Of a stretch of DNA of 64,000 nucleotides, positions 8,762 through 17,076 are shown in pieces; within the stretch, counting starts at the first letter, position 1, and each line of letters starts with the position of its first letter. The notes under the pieces were generated by a model. That model was not told the DNA's origin. It saw only the letters and a program-made list of their open reading frames with translations, and searched no databases. The position numbers and the translations under genes were made by a program. This DNA is from Muribaculaceae bacterium (lineage in GTDB: Bacteria > Bacteroidota > Bacteroidia > Bacteroidales > Muribaculaceae), in assembly GCA_023667015.1 (NCBI GenBank), contig JAMPAX010000002.1, forward strand, positions 54,259 through 118,258, read 5' to 3'.

Positions 8762-8850
8762 GGAGGTGAGAGATGAGAGATGAGAGGTGAGAGATATCAG
8801 ATATCAGATATCAGATATTAGATATCTGATGTGAGATATGAGAGAGGTTT
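8762..8850. repeat. Intergenic short tandem repeats (GAGATGAGA and ATATCAGAT units, about 9-10 bp period)
   Basis: gagagatgagagatgagaggtgagagatatcagatatcagatatcagatattagatatctgatgtgagatatgagagagg. Confidence 0.85.
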
Positions 8851-8897
8851 TGTCATTAGGGAGAGAGAGACGTATAATTAATTGAGGTTTTAGGAGG

Positions 8898-8927
8898 GAG
8901 GCCGCTCCGCCCTTGCGGGGCGGCCTC
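8898..8927 (-). terminator. GC-rich hairpin between the major pilin gene and downstream minor subunit genes (candidate partial/attenuating terminator)
   Basis: gaggccgctccgcccttgcggggcggcctc inverted repeat; weak U-tract. Confidence 0.45.
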
Positions 8928-8953
8928 ATATTTAAGAAAAGTGAAGGGTCAGA

Positions 8954-10663
8954 TTAGAAACTGATTTTGTTGACACGAACTACCCAGGGAAGTACATGTA
9001 CGGAAACCTTGAAGTAAGACTTCGGAGTCTCATCGTCATCGCCGGGATCTTCGGGATCGGGATCATCGGAGGGGTTGGAGGGATGACCGAATTCCATTAC
9101 GTTGTCAACAGAGAGTTTGTAGACATTGTTGCGAACTACACCGAACTCCATGGGACCCATGACATTGTTGTTGCCATTATCGTTGTGACGATTGTAGTAG
9201 TAGTAGTAGCAATAGTAGTGGTAGTTGCCATCAGTACCTACAGGACGATAGATTGTAATGTTCTTCATAGAACGCACCAGAGCGCCGTCAGACATGTTTG
9301 CGGGGACGAAAGCTTCAGCAACGCTTGTCTCGAAAGTAGAGCCTGGCACCTTCTTGGAAGCTTTGATGATAGCATCCTTGTCGCCGTAGAGTACACCATT
9401 GTAAGCATAGAGAGTTTTACCGAGGGCCATAGCTTTAGCGATGTTGGAGGCCTGTTCGGGAGTAGCACCTTCAGCAGCTGTATAAGGCTTAATTTCGCCA
9501 CGGAACACAACGCCGGTAGTGATACCGCGATCTTGGTTAGCTACGCTGGGGATAGTGTTCTCAGTAGCGTAGCGCCAGATCTTGTAGCTGAGGTTAGCAT
9601 TGGGATTGGTCCAATTGGCGTCGTCGTCATCGCTAGTCAGGCTGGAGAAGAGAGTATAATTATAAGAGGCACCGGGCTGTCCGAGACCGAAGAGATATTT
9701 GTCCTTAAAGAAGTCGAGGTTGATAGGGTCGGCTGCTTTTTCTGCAGCGAAGGGAGATACAACCCAGTTGGTGGGAGTTTCCATGCCGCACAGAGTAGCG
9801 TTAACATTAAGACCATTTGGGGATACACGCTCAAGAGCATAATACTGCTTAGCCTCATTAAAGAGAGAGAGAGCATCGAGCTGTACATAAGCTACGGGGT
9901 CTTCAGTCACCTGGTCTTTGATCAGGTAGCGGTCCTTACCGGCATCAGTAGTAGTGCTGGCGAAGTCGAAACGAGCACTGGCTCTCTGCACGTCGACAGT
10001 ACCCAGGGAAAGAGCGCTGGCAGCAGTGCCATGATTAGCGATAAGAGTTTCAAGCACGGGAATCTTAGCAGTAGCAAGGCTTGAGTTAGACATCAAGAAA
10101 GCATTAGCGTTCCAGATGATATTGTCTTCTTCTTCGCTTTCAGCAAGAGCGATAGCGAGCTTCTGATTGGTGAAGTCGCCAACTTCAGCTGCAGTCTTGG
10201 TAGTGCCGTCTGTGTTGTAGAATACGTCTTTAAGAGCCTGAGTAGGGTTGCAGAATGCAAATACGTTTACAGTAGCCTCGTTGTCCTTAACGAGCTCATT
10301 GAGAGCCTGAGATTCAAACTGGACTACATAGGTAGGCTTATTCTGAGCGGAAGTATTTTCGCGAGCTTCAGAAACGGAGCTGGTCACGAAAGTGTAGCCG
10401 GATCCATTGTCCGTAGCGAGAACAACAAGCACTTCAGACACGCTGTTTTCAACGTTCTGACCAACTTCATAGCCGGATGAGGATACGGAAGGATTCTGTT
10501 CTGTCGGAGTGACAGTTTCACTTCTTGTGGGCAGGTTGAGGGTAAGCTTGGCGTAAACATCGCCTTTGGTTTCAATGCTTCCGGGTCCTGCGGGATCGTC
10601 GCTGGAGCAGGCAGTCATGCCGGCTACAAGAGCGCCGAGGAGAAATAGTTTTAAACCTTTCAT
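8954..10663 (-). CDS. Mfa1/FimA-family major fimbrial subunit (type V pilin)
   Basis: Lipoprotein signal MKGLKLFLLGALVAGMTACSSDD; 569 aa; operon position after DUF3868. Confidence 0.6.
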   Translation of the reverse strand: MKGLKLFLLGALVAGMTACSSDDPAGPGSIETKGDVYAKLTLNLPTRSETVTPTEQNPSVSSSGYEVGQNVENSVSEVLVVLATDNGSGYTFVTSSVSEARENTSAQNKPTYVVQFESQALNELVKDNEATVNVFAFCNPTQALKDVFYNTDGTTKTAAEVGDFTNQKLAIALAESEEEDNIIWNANAFLMSNSSLATAKIPVLETLIANHGTAASALSLGTVDVQRASARFDFASTTTDAGKDRYLIKDQVTEDPVAYVQLDALSLFNEAKQYYALERVSPNGLNVNATLCGMETPTNWVVSPFAAEKAADPINLDFFKDKYLFGLGQPGASYNYTLFSSLTSDDDDANWTNPNANLSYKIWRYATENTIPSVANQDRGITTGVVFRGEIKPYTAAEGATPEQASNIAKAMALGKTLYAYNGVLYGDKDAIIKASKKVPGSTFETSVAEAFVPANMSDGALVRSMKNITIYRPVGTDGNYHYYCYYYYYNRHNDNGNNNVMGPMEFGVVRNNVYKLSVDNVMEFGHPSNPSDDPDPEDPGDDDETPKSYFKVSVHVLPWVVRVNKISF

Positions 10664-10771
10664 GTTAAAATAAATATAGTTAATTATTTTTGTTATTCTA
10701 ATTTTGATACCCCCGCAGGTTGGGACTTGCGAGAAGTTTGAGGTTTTAGGTTAGGAGTCTTCGTCTTAGTC

Positions 10772-12217
10772 TTACCTGCGGAATCGAATCTGTTCCTTAG
10801 AATTGATGATTGCCTCCACCTGTTCAAGGGCATCTGCGGCCCGGGTCACTCCGGCATCTTTGGCTGCGCGAAACCGATTGGCGGCGGATTCGTAGTCCTT
10901 ATTGAGGGCATCGAGAATACCGCGAGCGTATTCAGCCTCAGGGGAAGCACCGGCCTTGGCGAGATATCTGCGTGCTCGGTCGAGCTCCCCGCGACTCATA
11001 GCCGCATTGGCGGCATTAAGGTTGGCCTCCGGATATGACGGATAGTAGGCTGCAGCCTGTTCTAAGATATCGCAGAATTCAGGACTGTTCTCAGGGTAGG
11101 AGCGTGCTACGGTGAAGAACTCGTTGAGAGATAGATTTCGCGGATCGCGCTCTAAGGCCTCCTTGATTTCATCTAAGGTCGTGTACTGCTTGATTACATA
11201 GTGGATGTAATAGTCAGTGTGGCGAAGCCAGGGATATTCATTCTGCAGGAGGAAGGGATATTGCTTGGGGAACTTCTGACGGAACTTATCGTTTTTCTGA
11301 GCTATCGGGCATCCGGGATTGTCGATAAAGGCTATCATGGCTTCCTTGTCGGCAAGATTGCTCGCAGCGATATATTCGCGCAGTCCGTCCCAGTCTTCCG
11401 GCACCGAGTTGGTCTTGTAGACCTTTGCAGGGAAGTCGTATAGACTCATGACATACTCCTTGACAGCTTTCACACGTCCCTCAGCCAGACGGACGTTGTT
11501 GGAGTAGGCACCCTCAGGGGAAGCGTAGCCGGTCAGCAGGATTGTATCTACAGTTGCGTCCGGATTGTTTCTGACTGAGTCGATAGAGCTCAGAATCTTG
11601 CGAAGCTCTACCGCATTGTTCATATACGTCGGTACGATATTAGTCTTGTTGACAATAAAGTTGACGTATGCTCGCCCCGAAAGAGCTCGCTCTTTGGTCA
11701 CTGCCTTGATGGGCACTACGTAGGCGAAGTTCGAAGTAGAGAACACCGGCGGGGTGAAGTTCAGATCAGCTACCGGAAGATCCTCTACGACATCTTTGGG
11801 AGATTCGCCACAGCAGGAGATCTTACGCACCTGCATTCCGAGAGTCGAATTGTTCATCCAGGGGAGGAAGGCTGTCCGGTCTGTATAGCTGACAGATGAG
11901 CCTTTACCGGAGCGGATAAGGTCGTGGATAAGGTCAAGGCCCTGACGCTGTGCATAGTAGTAGGCGTTCTTACCGGTTACGATGAAGGGCTTTAGCATTA
12001 CGCTGTCTGCGGACTCATTGGCACGAATAACGGGGGTTACAACCCACTGGGTATTGGTCTTCAGAGAATAGTCTGCGGGATGGATTGTCATCGCCAAGCT
12101 AATCTTGTCGGCAGTATGGTCGATGGCTACATCGGTGATGTTAAGCTGCGGAAGGGACTGCGCACCGCAAATCATGGCGGACACACAGAGAGCAAGAGTC
12201 AGTAAAGTCTTTTTCAT
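10772..12217 (-). CDS. DUF3868-domain protein with OmpA-like and TPR-like regions (pilus operon accessory)
   Basis: Signal peptide MKKTLLTLALCVSAMICGAQS; TGYASPEGAYSNNVRLAEGR (OmpA-like) motif; DUF3575-DUF3868 pair typically precedes Bacteroidales fimbrial genes. Confidence 0.55.
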   Translation of the reverse strand: MKKTLLTLALCVSAMICGAQSLPQLNITDVAIDHTADKISLAMTIHPADYSLKTNTQWVVTPVIRANESADSVMLKPFIVTGKNAYYYAQRQGLDLIHDLIRSGKGSSVSYTDRTAFLPWMNNSTLGMQVRKISCCGESPKDVVEDLPVADLNFTPPVFSTSNFAYVVPIKAVTKERALSGRAYVNFIVNKTNIVPTYMNNAVELRKILSSIDSVRNNPDATVDTILLTGYASPEGAYSNNVRLAEGRVKAVKEYVMSLYDFPAKVYKTNSVPEDWDGLREYIAASNLADKEAMIAFIDNPGCPIAQKNDKFRQKFPKQYPFLLQNEYPWLRHTDYYIHYVIKQYTTLDEIKEALERDPRNLSLNEFFTVARSYPENSPEFCDILEQAAAYYPSYPEANLNAANAAMSRGELDRARRYLAKAGASPEAEYARGILDALNKDYESAANRFRAAKDAGVTRAADALEQVEAIINSKEQIRFRR

Positions 12218-12236
12218 TGTGATTGATTTGCGGAAT

Positions 12237-12824
12237 TTAGAATAGGTATTCAACGCTGAGGGAGGCCTTTGTGGGTCCTACATAGTTGTGGACGCGGTCA
12301 TCCTCGAGTTTATGGCCACATTCGGCACAGGGATATTTGTCGAAGCGGGTATAGATCCACCCGATACCGATTTCAGCCTCGATATTCCAATGCTTGGCAA
12401 CGGGCCAGGCGTAGCCGTAGCCAATACCGGCACCTACACCCCAACCCTCATAACGATTGTTGAGCAGTTCACGGAAGTCACTACCAAGGAAATTGGCATT
12501 GATACCGAGGTGGCCCCAGTTGTACTGGCCGCCGATAGCGTGAAGGCCGAGGAAATGGCCGCCAAAGCGCTGGCAGAACCAGTAGCGCAGTTCCGGCTGA
12601 GCAAACCAGTGTTTCCACTTGTGTCCGTCGATAGTCCAGGCGTTGATTTCGCCGGTGACGTCGAGAGTCCACTTTGGAGCGAGACCGACCTCTATGCCAA
12701 GGTTAGGGCTCAGAAGGGCGTCTGTAAGAAGGTTAGACTTAATACCGACATTTTGAGCCCTTGCAGACAAAGAGATGCCTACAAAAGCCGTCAGAGCAAA
12801 AGTCAATTTAGCTATGAACTTCAT
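12237..12824 (-). CDS. DUF3575-domain outer-membrane beta-barrel protein (first gene of the pilus operon)
   Basis: Signal peptide ending ARAQ, 195 aa, aromatic-rich with terminal F; genomic context. Confidence 0.55.
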   Translation of the reverse strand: MKFIAKLTFALTAFVGISLSARAQNVGIKSNLLTDALLSPNLGIEVGLAPKWTLDVTGEINAWTIDGHKWKHWFAQPELRYWFCQRFGGHFLGLHAIGGQYNWGHLGINANFLGSDFRELLNNRYEGWGVGAGIGYGYAWPVAKHWNIEAEIGIGWIYTRFDKYPCAECGHKLEDDRVHNYVGPTKASLSVEYLF

Positions 12825-13087
12825 AGATATGCTATTAATTTATAGATCTATTCGATACATTTATCGATATGCTTAGTGGTGCGTCTGTAATCTTAGAGCT
12901 AAGTTTAAAATTTGCACAGCGGTCAGACCAAGGATAGTCTGCACATAGCTATAAACACAAGACTATAGGCATTGGTTCAGATGCCAAAAGAATTAAAAAT
13001 ATAAACTAACGTTGCAAAAAAAGACTTAGAGCATAATACTCAATAAGATATGCTATACGTAGGATTACAGTCATCTCTAACGGGTAG

Positions 13088-13095
13088 CAAAATTA
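13088..13095 (-). promoter_or_regulatory. Candidate -7 box (TAATTTTGC on the minus strand) for the pilus operon; implies a leader of about 260 nt
   Basis: caaaatta on + strand is the reverse complement of TAATTTTG. Confidence 0.35.
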
Positions 13096-13172
13096 TAAAA
13101 AGGTTTTCTGATATGCAATTAAAAATTGAAAAATTTTTCTAATAGGTTCAAAAAAAATGCAGTTATTAAAGA

Positions 13173-13218
13173 CCTGGTTCAACATATAATGGAAAAAGAT
13201 ACTTGGTTCAACATATAA
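13173..13218. promoter_or_regulatory. Direct repeat TGGTTCAACATATAA x2 (29-bp spacing) in the divergent region between the pilus operon and the 13341 gene
   Basis: gacctggttcaacatataatgg ... acttggttcaacatataacaagg. Confidence 0.4.
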
Positions 13219-13242
13219 CAAGGAAAAGACAGCAGTCCAACG

Positions 13243-13250
13243 TAATTTTG
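13243..13250 (+). promoter_or_regulatory. -7 box TAATTTTG (extended TAATTTTGCA) for the 13341 gene
   Basis: acgTAATTTTGcag. Confidence 0.4.
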
Positions 13251-13340
13251 CAGTAAGATTGTAGAGATCCGGATTGAGACTGTTGCTCAATAAGCAAGGC
13301 CTACTTCATACTCATGACTAATACTTATAACTTAAATTAA

Positions 13341-13700
13341 ATGGATTGGGAAATGATGATACAACTATTGGGGGCTATAGGTGGCTTGGAGGCTATCAAG
13401 TGGCTAATGAATCGCAAGAATGCGAGCAGGATAGTTCGTGCTCAAGCAATGACGGAAGAGCAATCGGCACTTTCAGCGCGCGAGAAGCTTTACGAGGACA
13501 CCATCCTCTTTCTTCAGCAACAATTGAAAGAGAAGGAGGAGAGGTTTGCACAGCAGACTGAACTTCTAAGGCAATCTACGTCCTCAGAGTTGGAGCTGAC
13601 TCGCCAGTTGGGGCAGCTCGAGTTGCGACTGCAACGCTGTCGCTGCGACAAATTCAACTGTGCTGACCGCCAACCCCCATTAGCCCAAGACACTAAGTAG
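13341..13700 (+). CDS. Hypothetical small coiled-coil protein with Cys-rich C-terminus
   Basis: Coiled-coil heptads (LQQQLKEKEERFAQQTELLRQ); RCRCDKFNCADRQ tail; no recognised family. Confidence 0.3.
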   Translation: MDWEMMIQLLGAIGGLEAIKWLMNRKNASRIVRAQAMTEEQSALSAREKLYEDTILFLQQQLKEKEERFAQQTELLRQSTSSELELTRQLGQLELRLQRCRCDKFNCADRQPPLAQDTK

Positions 13701-13759
13701 TATAACCGGTCGGACCTGTCTGACTGGTCGGAGGGGTAGGAGGGTCTGATGGGGAAGCA

Positions 13760-13802
13760 AAAAGAGCGCATCCTTTTGAGAATGCGCTCTTTTTACTTTT
13801 TG
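13760..13802. terminator. Bidirectional hairpin terminator between the convergent 13341 gene and secDF
   Basis: aaaagagcgcat-ccttttgaga-atgcgctctttt followed by tacttttt. Confidence 0.65.
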
Positions 13803-13811
13803 GAATTTTAA

Positions 13812-16784
13812 TTATTTGAAGCGGCGGTTGCCTTCGAGTCTTACCTCTGTGCTGGCAGCAGCAGCGTTTTTCTTGCCTTCGCGCTTGATGATGCTGTAGG
13901 CGATGGGGGCTGCACAGAAGAGTGAGCAGAAAGTACCTACTACCACACCGAAGATCATTGCGAATGTGAACGAACGGATGGTGTCGCCACCGAGGAAGAA
14001 GATGCATAGGAGCACGAGCAGTGTTGACAGAGATGTCATGATTGTACGTCCCAAGGTAGTGTTGAGCGACTTATTGAAGGTCAAGTAGCGATCTTCCTTA
14101 GGATAAATCTTCATCATCTCACGAACACGGTCGAATACTACCACGGTGTCATTGATCTGATAACCGATAATAGTCAGCACAGCTGCGATAAACGACTGGT
14201 CAACCTCCATAGAGAAGGGAAGGAATCCCCAGCAAATGGAGTAGAAGCCGATAATCAGGAATGCTGTGAGGGCTACGGCGCATACCGCGCCTACAGAGAA
14301 GGCGATATTGCGGAAACGCAGAAGGATGTAGAGGAACATGCAGACTACGGCGATACCGACAGCCCAGTAAGCATCGCGGCGCATGTCATCGGCCACGGAG
14401 GGACCAACCTTCTGGATAGAGATAATACCATTGTCCTCATCAGCCACAGTGAAGTTCTCCTTAGCCATCACCTTACCGTTGACAGTAAGTTCAGGTTTCA
14501 GAGTTTCGTAGAGAATATCTGTGATTTCGTTCTCTACGCCCTCGCTTTCCTGAGAAATTTTATAATTGGTAGAGATACGAGCCTTAGTTAGGTCATCGAT
14601 AGAGATAACGCCTACAGAGACAGTCTTATCGTTGGCCTTAGTCTGAAGCACATCAGCCAAGCGAGCCTGAATATCCTGGGGGTTGACATCCTTTTCAAAC
14701 TTCACAACGTAGTTGCGACCACCGGAGAAGTCGATACCCTGATTCATGCCGCGAAGAGCGAGAGAAGCGATTGAGACAATGATCAGGATTACCCAGACTA
14801 CACCCGCTACCCTGCTCTTAGCGAGGAAGTTGATATTAGTATTCTGGAGCCATTTGCGAGACATTCCTGTTGAGAAGGTCATGTTGGCGCAACGACCATT
14901 CTTGGTGATAAGGTCGAAGGCAATACGGGTCAAGAATACAGCTGTAAAGAAGGAGCATACAAGACCGATGATAAGAGTAGTCGCGAAGCCCTTAATCGGA
15001 CCGGAACCAAAGATAAGGAGGATGATGCCGGTGATTACAGATGTAAGGTTAGAGTCAAAGATTGCGGAGAAGGCATTGGAATAACCATCGGAGATAGCCT
15101 GACGGAGTTTCTTGCCGGAGCGGAGTTCCTCCTTGGTACGTTCGAAGATAAGCACGTTGGCATCGACAGCCATACCGAGGGCGAGGACGATACCGGCAAT
15201 ACCGGAGAGGGTCAGCACAGCCTGGAGGGATGCGAGGATACCAATGGTGAAGTACAGGTTGAGCATCAAGCCTACGTTAGCCACAAGACCGGGAACGACG
15301 CCATAAATGCAGATCATGAAGATCATGAGCAATACGAGAGCCACGATGAAGGAGATGAATCCCTGCTGAACGGCCTCAGAACCAAGAGAGGGGCCGATAA
15401 CGTTGGTAGAGATAACCTCTACTTTAGCGTTCATCTTACCGGACTTCAGGACGTTGGCAAGGTCATTGGCCTCAGCATCGGTGAAGTTACCGGTAATTTC
15501 TGAATTACCGCCGGTAATCTCAGCATTTACGTTAGGATAGGAATATACGGCATTATCGAGAACGATAGCTATAGGTCGACCGATGTTGTTGCGGGTAAGG
15601 GTAGCCCATTCACGAGCACCGCGGTCGGACATGGTCATGTTGACGGTGTTGCCCTTGAAATTGTCGCGGTCGGTAGAAGCGCCTGTGACAGCATCACCCT
15701 CGAGAGCAGCCTCACCCTTAAGGGCAACGAGCTGCCAGTATGGGGTAGTCACGGGAGTGTCTTTATCACGCATCTTCGGCTGGCCCTTCTCGTCCATGAC
15801 GGGATATTCAGTAGCCTTTACTTCCCAGACAGCAGAGAAGTCGCTGGGGAGCATCTTCTTAGCAAGGGGAGAGGCGAGGATAGAGTCAACCATAGCCTTG
15901 TTTGAGGGCATAACCACACCGATAACAGGGCTTTCAGCGCCAACGGAACCTCCGAGGAGGGCCATCAGGTTGGTATGGTTGATAGTATCTTGAGCTGCAT
16001 AAGCCTGGGCGAAGGCTTGGAGGTCGTTGCCGATCTCCTTATATTTATATACTTCGAAGAATTCGAGGTTTGCGGAAGACTTCAGCAGGTCTGTCACACG
16101 TTCGGGCTCCTTAACGCCCGGGAGTTCGAGAAGAATCTGGCCTGTTTTGTCCTGGAGCTTCTGAATATTGGGAGAAACAACACCGAATTGGTCGATACGG
16201 GTACGGAAAATGTTGAAAGCCGCGTCAACCTGGCTGGACACTTGCTGTTCAAGAGCAGCAGTCACTTCTTGATTGGAAGAACCGGAATTGAGCTTACCGA
16301 GATGCTCACCCTCGCGAGTGAAGAGGCCGGCCATAGTGCCGGGCTGCATGTGGGAGGCAAACTTAGAGATAAAATTCTTGTCTGAACCCTTCACGCCCTC
16401 ATTCTCAGTCTGCTGGATAGCGCGATTGATCTGAGCGAGTTGTTGCTGGCCGGAGGCATACTGACGAAGGATGTCGGGTACGGAAATTTCGAGTACGACA
16501 TTCATACCGCCCTTGAGGTCAAGGCCGAGGCCCATTTCCATCTTGCGAGCCTGATTGAAGGTGTAGAGCCCCATCATTACTTTTTCCTTGTCGATGGAGT
16601 CGTTGAATTGTTTCAGACTTTGCTTGTAGAGGTCGTTGGTGACGTCTGTGGTCTTGGAGACTCTGGCGGCATACTCCTTGGCCTCTTTCTCATAGTGAGA
16701 AGTGATGAACGAGAAGGAAATATAAAAACCGCAAATCAGAATCAACAGGACTGCAATAGTACTGATAAACCCTTTGTTCTGCAT
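13812..16784 (-). CDS. secDF: Protein translocase subunit SecDF (fused SecD-SecF)
   Basis: 990 aa, N-terminal TM then large periplasmic domain then 12-TM core; the fused SecDF is typical of Bacteroidetes. Confidence 0.85.
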   Translation of the reverse strand: MQNKGFISTIAVLLILICGFYISFSFITSHYEKEAKEYAARVSKTTDVTNDLYKQSLKQFNDSIDKEKVMMGLYTFNQARKMEMGLGLDLKGGMNVVLEISVPDILRQYASGQQQLAQINRAIQQTENEGVKGSDKNFISKFASHMQPGTMAGLFTREGEHLGKLNSGSSNQEVTAALEQQVSSQVDAAFNIFRTRIDQFGVVSPNIQKLQDKTGQILLELPGVKEPERVTDLLKSSANLEFFEVYKYKEIGNDLQAFAQAYAAQDTINHTNLMALLGGSVGAESPVIGVVMPSNKAMVDSILASPLAKKMLPSDFSAVWEVKATEYPVMDEKGQPKMRDKDTPVTTPYWQLVALKGEAALEGDAVTGASTDRDNFKGNTVNMTMSDRGAREWATLTRNNIGRPIAIVLDNAVYSYPNVNAEITGGNSEITGNFTDAEANDLANVLKSGKMNAKVEVISTNVIGPSLGSEAVQQGFISFIVALVLLMIFMICIYGVVPGLVANVGLMLNLYFTIGILASLQAVLTLSGIAGIVLALGMAVDANVLIFERTKEELRSGKKLRQAISDGYSNAFSAIFDSNLTSVITGIILLIFGSGPIKGFATTLIIGLVCSFFTAVFLTRIAFDLITKNGRCANMTFSTGMSRKWLQNTNINFLAKSRVAGVVWVILIIVSIASLALRGMNQGIDFSGGRNYVVKFEKDVNPQDIQARLADVLQTKANDKTVSVGVISIDDLTKARISTNYKISQESEGVENEITDILYETLKPELTVNGKVMAKENFTVADEDNGIISIQKVGPSVADDMRRDAYWAVGIAVVCMFLYILLRFRNIAFSVGAVCAVALTAFLIIGFYSICWGFLPFSMEVDQSFIAAVLTIIGYQINDTVVVFDRVREMMKIYPKEDRYLTFNKSLNTTLGRTIMTSLSTLLVLLCIFFLGGDTIRSFTFAMIFGVVVGTFCSLFCAAPIAYSIIKREGKKNAAAASTEVRLEGNRRFK

Positions 16785-17076
16785 TGTTTAGGTTGTTTTA
16801 TTATTGATGTTAATTAATTCGTCAATGACACCGACACTCGCAGTCTTTACCTCTCTGCGAGAAGTTCAGATTGCGGGAGCTGGCGTTTCAGCTTGCAAAT
16901 ATAAGCTAAATTTTTCAACAAGCGAAATTATCAGCCATTTATTTCGATTTTTACTACTTTTTATGTAGTTTTCATCAAACCTCACTTGAGCTTTATCAGC
17001 TTTTTTGTTAATTTCGTAGTTTGAAATTTTGGCTTGAATTGATTTCTCAACCTCTTTTATCTCGCCTCTATTAATT

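Noticed and set aside
8762-8850. Possible CRISPR array (repeated short units)
   Set aside because: Units are 9-10 bp, contiguous or degenerate, with no spacers of unique sequence; no cas genes nearby. Same reasoning applies to the other tandem repeats at 19019, 24954, 25853, 41003 and 60033
8996-10084. 362-aa + strand ORF within the Mfa1-like gene
   Set aside because: Antisense to a well-supported lipoprotein gene; repetitive Val/Ile-rich translation typical of shadow frames
12288-12845. 185-aa + strand ORF
   Set aside because: Antisense to the DUF3575 gene, which has a clear signal peptide and operon context
12845-13340. Phase-variable invertible promoter upstream of the pilus operon
   Set aside because: Found direct repeats but no pair of inverted repeats of adequate length flanking a promoter-containing segment
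14746-16817. Several + strand ORFs within secDF
   Set aside because: Antisense shadow ORFs of a conserved essential gene
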